Of a stretch of DNA of 39,404 nt, positions 35,605-39,404 are shown piece after piece (positions within the stretch are counted from its first letter, which is position 1; the number at the start of each line of letters is the position of its first letter). Origin of the DNA: Cercozoa sp. M6MM (lineage: Eukaryota > Protista > Endomyxa: Ascetosporea); the NCBI GenBank assembly GCA_040357565.1, contig JBDODJ010000104.1. One strand, written 5' to 3'. The position numbers and the translations under genes are program-made. The notes beneath the pieces were generated by a model, which worked only from the letters and a program-made list of their open reading frames with translations, had not been told where the DNA came from and made no database searches.

Positions 35605-35987
35605 GGCAACTGTGACACAAGCAGAAGTGACCCAGAATTCCCAAAGCCTTCTTGGCAAGCAATAGAAGTGTAAAACCACATTTTTGAAAGGTACACTATA
35701 TTTGGAACACAGAAGTATGCGCGGGCGCACTAATAAATCTCAAATTCGCACGATCGTTTGAAAAAAAAATCATTCGGTGCCACGCACTTAAACACCAAAA
35801 ATCATCTCACTAAGTACCTTATCACACCTGCTTTGGTTGCTACCTCTGGAAGGAAGACGTGGCAATCTTTTAAAGATTTTTCTTGTCAGTCTGAAAAATA
35901 AACTGGCCTCTGAACGCAGTTTTCTAGATACATTGAGCACTTCGGGTGCGTGTTACTGCACCGGACAAGTGCGAGTGGTGCAAAGTC

Positions 35988-38531
35988 ATGCGATTCCGGA
36001 TTCTGATCGGGAATCCAAAATTCGTTCCGCGCGAAGGAGTGGTTGGTGTGTTTCTCCTACGTCCAGATGTGCCAAAACGTTTAATCATTGAGTTTACAGA
36101 GTGTGAAACTCCGCGCGAGAACAGTAATACTAAAGGAGATTGTAACGGGGACGATGCCGGTTTGCTTGCGAGTGAGAGTACACGTGATTTTGAGGCCAAA
36201 AACATGAAGCAGCCTGTGTTTGGCAGACACACGAGAGTTCGTCGACAGCGATGACGAGTGGGAGTACGACGTTTTACGAACTTTCCGACTGCGTGACAGA
36301 GCCAGAAAGGTAATCCTATCTTTTGATCTCTGTCGGATCACAAATTACGTTTAATTTGAACAGAACGGCGAATTCGCGATTGTTGCAATTGCTGACATCA
36401 GCACGGAAGTTTCACTTCCTGAAATAGCGGCGAAATTTGATGTTCCCAGAGGCGCAGTTTCCGATTTGTTAGTTGCTGCGCAAGTAAGTCTTTCGTTTGT
36501 CTCTGCTTTCGTTTGTCCGCGAGCTTTTTGTTTTCTAGGAGGAAGAGAACGTCTACTGCGTTTTGCTGCGCTTTCATCGGCACGAAGAAGCTGACGAATT
36601 TATTCGAGTGAACAAGTGGGCTTTCGTTTCTTTCTTTGCTCTTTGAGACCATTAGTGTGTGTCGTCGTTTTAGGGACGTCGGTAAGGTGATGAAAGTGTC
36701 CAGTTTCGAGTCCGATTTCGAGTGGAAGCGCTCTCAAGATGACCCATGCCCGATCTGCCTCGAACCGATTTCGTATTGCCTTTTTCCTGTCAACTTGTAT
36801 AAATCTAGCTCAGTTTAAACCTCAGATGGCCGGAAGAAGAGCAATGCGAGGACGAGGGGGATTTGGTGCCACTTTAAACTTTTGTTTTGCAAGTCAATTC
36901 GCGGATCGAACAAGTTTGTTCGTTTTGTTCGGTCGGACAAAGGTGTTTATAATTTTGACAATTGTAGGCTGGATGGCTGTATGCGGCGCAAGTCTGTGCA
37001 GCAACAGTGCAATGCAAGCATACGTTCCACTGGAGGTGCGTTTTGCAGTGGCAGCGCGAGCACTCACTGACAGGTGACGCATGCTGCCCGCTTTGTCGCT
37101 GTTCTCTCATTCCGACGACTCTAAACGAAAATGTCACTCGCTGTGCCGAGTGTACACTCACGGAAGAGCTGTGGATGTGTCTGGTTTGTGGACATGTCGG
37201 CTGCGGTAGAAGGGTATTTTTTCTTTGTTGCGGTTTTTTCTGTCAAAAACTGAGTTGGGATTTTAGCAAAATGCGCATGCGAGGAAACACTACGAGAGCA
37301 CATTTCACGCAGTAAAATTCAGTTTCTATGACTCAAGTGTGTTCGTTTGTAGTGTTTGTTTGGTAGTACGCCTCGCATGTTTCTGATGGGCGAGTCTGGG
37401 ACTACGCGAGCGATGATTTCACGGAGCGTGTTGTTCTGGCGATCAATGCTGACGACAACAACGGGGGCGGTGCGGAAAGCCCATTGTTCTAACAACGTTG
37501 TTCAAACAACATTGTTCACACAACATTGTTTTAAACCTTTGTGTTTCAATGTCTCGGCAGCAAAACTGGTGGCCACGGCGGATGCGTCGAATGCGGACAA
37601 AGGAAAACTCACGCAAGTCGCTGATGAGTTCCAGGCGCTTCTCACACGCGAACTCGATGAACAACGCCGTTTTTACGAACGGGTACTTGCTTCTCAGTGT
37701 GCTTTCAAAGCTTTCTTTTCATTTACGTGTGTTTTTTGTGCAAACAGCGACTGCAGCAACTCGCAACAGAAGACGCTGACATCGACGAGTTGCGAAAACA
37801 GCAGTCGCAGGTGGAACAGCGTGTTGCACATCTGCAAGAAGTGCTGCAAGGCTTGCGTAACGAGGTTGCGAGACTCAAGGTAACTGCACCTTTATTGCAA
37901 GAGTGATGCTGATGCTTCGTGTTGCAGCAAGAAGCACAAAAACTCCAAAAACACAATGCCGAACTCATCGATGAAAAGCAAGAAGTACATTTGTGTTTTT
38001 GCTCCTGTCCTTTGTTTTAATCACCCGTAATCTATTAGTTCGAATGTCTTCAAACAAATGTTCGAGAAGGTTTCGCCGCCAAAATCCGCGAAAATTCAAC
38101 GAAAATTTCAAATCTTCGCGAAGAAGTGCCTTTTTCCTGTCCTTGAGAGTATCGACAACATGATTGTTTCGGCTTTGCAGATTCACGACTTGGAGTGTCA
38201 CGCGAATCTGCAGCAACAGCTGCAGCACCACGACGGAAGCAGCGGTGACTATTTGGCGCACTTTGCTCAGCAGCGCACTGTGAGCACACGCGAGCGTCTA
38301 CGACAGCGACTTGCGCAGCGGCGTGCCGGACAAGTTCCTTCTGGGTATTCTTACTCTGCCGTCCGTCAAAAGTTAGTTGTATGTGAGTGACTTTGTTGTT
38401 GCAGCAGTGATGCAAGCATCGAGCACAGTGGTGGCCCAAGAGACGCGAGCGCCAGTGCAACCGACACGGAACTCTCCAAGCCGCGAAAGACACGCAACAA
38501 GAGAAAGAAGCGCAACAAACGAAGGAAATAA
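35988..38531 (+). CDS. BRAP: BRAP/IMP/Etp1-family RING-H2 + ZnF-UBP E3 ubiquitin ligase
   Basis: GNPK N-terminal motif, VYCVLLRF...EADEF, CPICLE...CKHTFHWRC...CPLCR, CAEC...LWMCLVCGHVGCGR...HARKHY...RVWDYASD, a coiled coil (LLTRELDEQRRFYE) and a basic C-terminal tail. Confidence 0.93.
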
Positions 38532-39107
38532 CGTAAACATAAAAAGCAGACTCAATTGTGTTATGGTACAAACCTGTTGATTGTGAGATTGTCACTTTTA
38601 GTGGAGACAACGACTGAAGAAAAGTAAGATGTAAGATCGTTTAATTTAGTGTTCGTTCGACGTCTCAATAAACCAAATCCGCCCAAGCACTATGACGGCA
38701 GAACGTATCAAGTGCAAAGGGACGAAGCTCCGTCGAAGGAAGCTGGATAAGAGGGAATTCGAACTGCAGTCAAAGTGGTGAGCTGTCGGAAGCTTGTTGC
38801 AATTAAACGGCAAATATCGCGGGTACGTTCCGGATCGGCGGGGCGCTTTTTTTCTTTGGTCTTGCGTTGTATGGGGAAAAAATCCCCATCGCATTGTCAA
38901 AAAAGTGATATCCTTCCAGGGGGTTGCAAACTACCTAAACATACCAGACAGCCAAGGGCAAATAAAAGAATCCGTCAAGGAAACTTAGGAAAGCCCACAA
39001 CGCCTAACGGTTGGATTTTGCAAAAACGCTCCGCCAATCCGGGGCATACCCTTATAGCGCTGAATAAACGTCAGACAGATGAACACCGAATTCGCGCGAG
39101 TCAGTTT

Positions 39108-39388
39108 TTAGCTGGACTGGTCGCCCTGCAGCAGCGGCTGATCAAGCGTCTGATCGGCGTCCGTGGTGCGGTACAACGTGGCCGTGACATCCTCGGCCGC
39201 CGAGTCGTCGGCGTCCGCCTTGTCCGCCTATACACACAAGCATAAGTACCGCACACTCACCTCAAGACAGGGGGAGGGGACCTCTGAGGCCTTGCGACGG
39301 TTGAGGTAGACACGCGCGAGCTTGCGGCCGGTTCGACGGTCGAAGAACCACAAGAGACCACCGACGCAGATACCGAGGTAGCCAATGC
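39108..39388 (-). CDS. Last two exons of a membrane protein, possibly an MFS (MFSD1-like) transporter; 5' part lies outside the window
   Basis: IGYLGICVGGLLWFFDRRTGRKL...|ADKADADD...DQPLLQGDQSS*: a final TM helix, then an acidic tail with a dileucine motif. Confidence 0.55.
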
Positions 39389-39404
39389 CTATGGGGGGGG
39401 GGGG

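Noticed and set aside
38692-39100. Possible small plus-strand gene (MTAERIKCK...) or hairpins between BRAP and the last gene
   Set aside because: No convincing spliced model or motif, and the hairpins are few and short.

Overview
Eukaryotic (protist-like) nuclear DNA with very compact intergenic spacing and many short (mostly about 50-110 nt) GT-AG introns, so the ORF track shows only exon fragments and antisense shadows. Manual splicing supports about 17 protein-coding genes: a partial membrane protein, a sigma-like GST, a large orphan, a secreted Cys-rich protein, an HNH protein, a lipoxygenase with a very long N-terminal extension, FCF1, a bestrophin, RBX1, a small mitochondrial membrane protein head-to-head with a nucleus-encoded mitochondrial-type ribosomal protein S4, a Gln-rich coiled-coil protein, a putative zinc-finger protein, an amino-acid transporter, a CUE-F-box-LRR protein head-to-head with BRAP, and the 3' end of an MFS-like protein. 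No CRISPR array, tRNA, rRNA or transposase was seen. The most unusual signals are a roughly 320-nt hairpin-dense, end-closed candidate structured RNA at 25015-25338, a perfect 29-bp inverted repeat whose arms sit on candidate splice acceptors (3101-3270), a GTAC/GTAT-dominated donor consensus, introns carrying a TTACCCC-type repeat, and a membrane-anchored lipoxygenase predicted to be R-specific. All gene models were spliced by hand and boundaries need RNA-seq confirmation.
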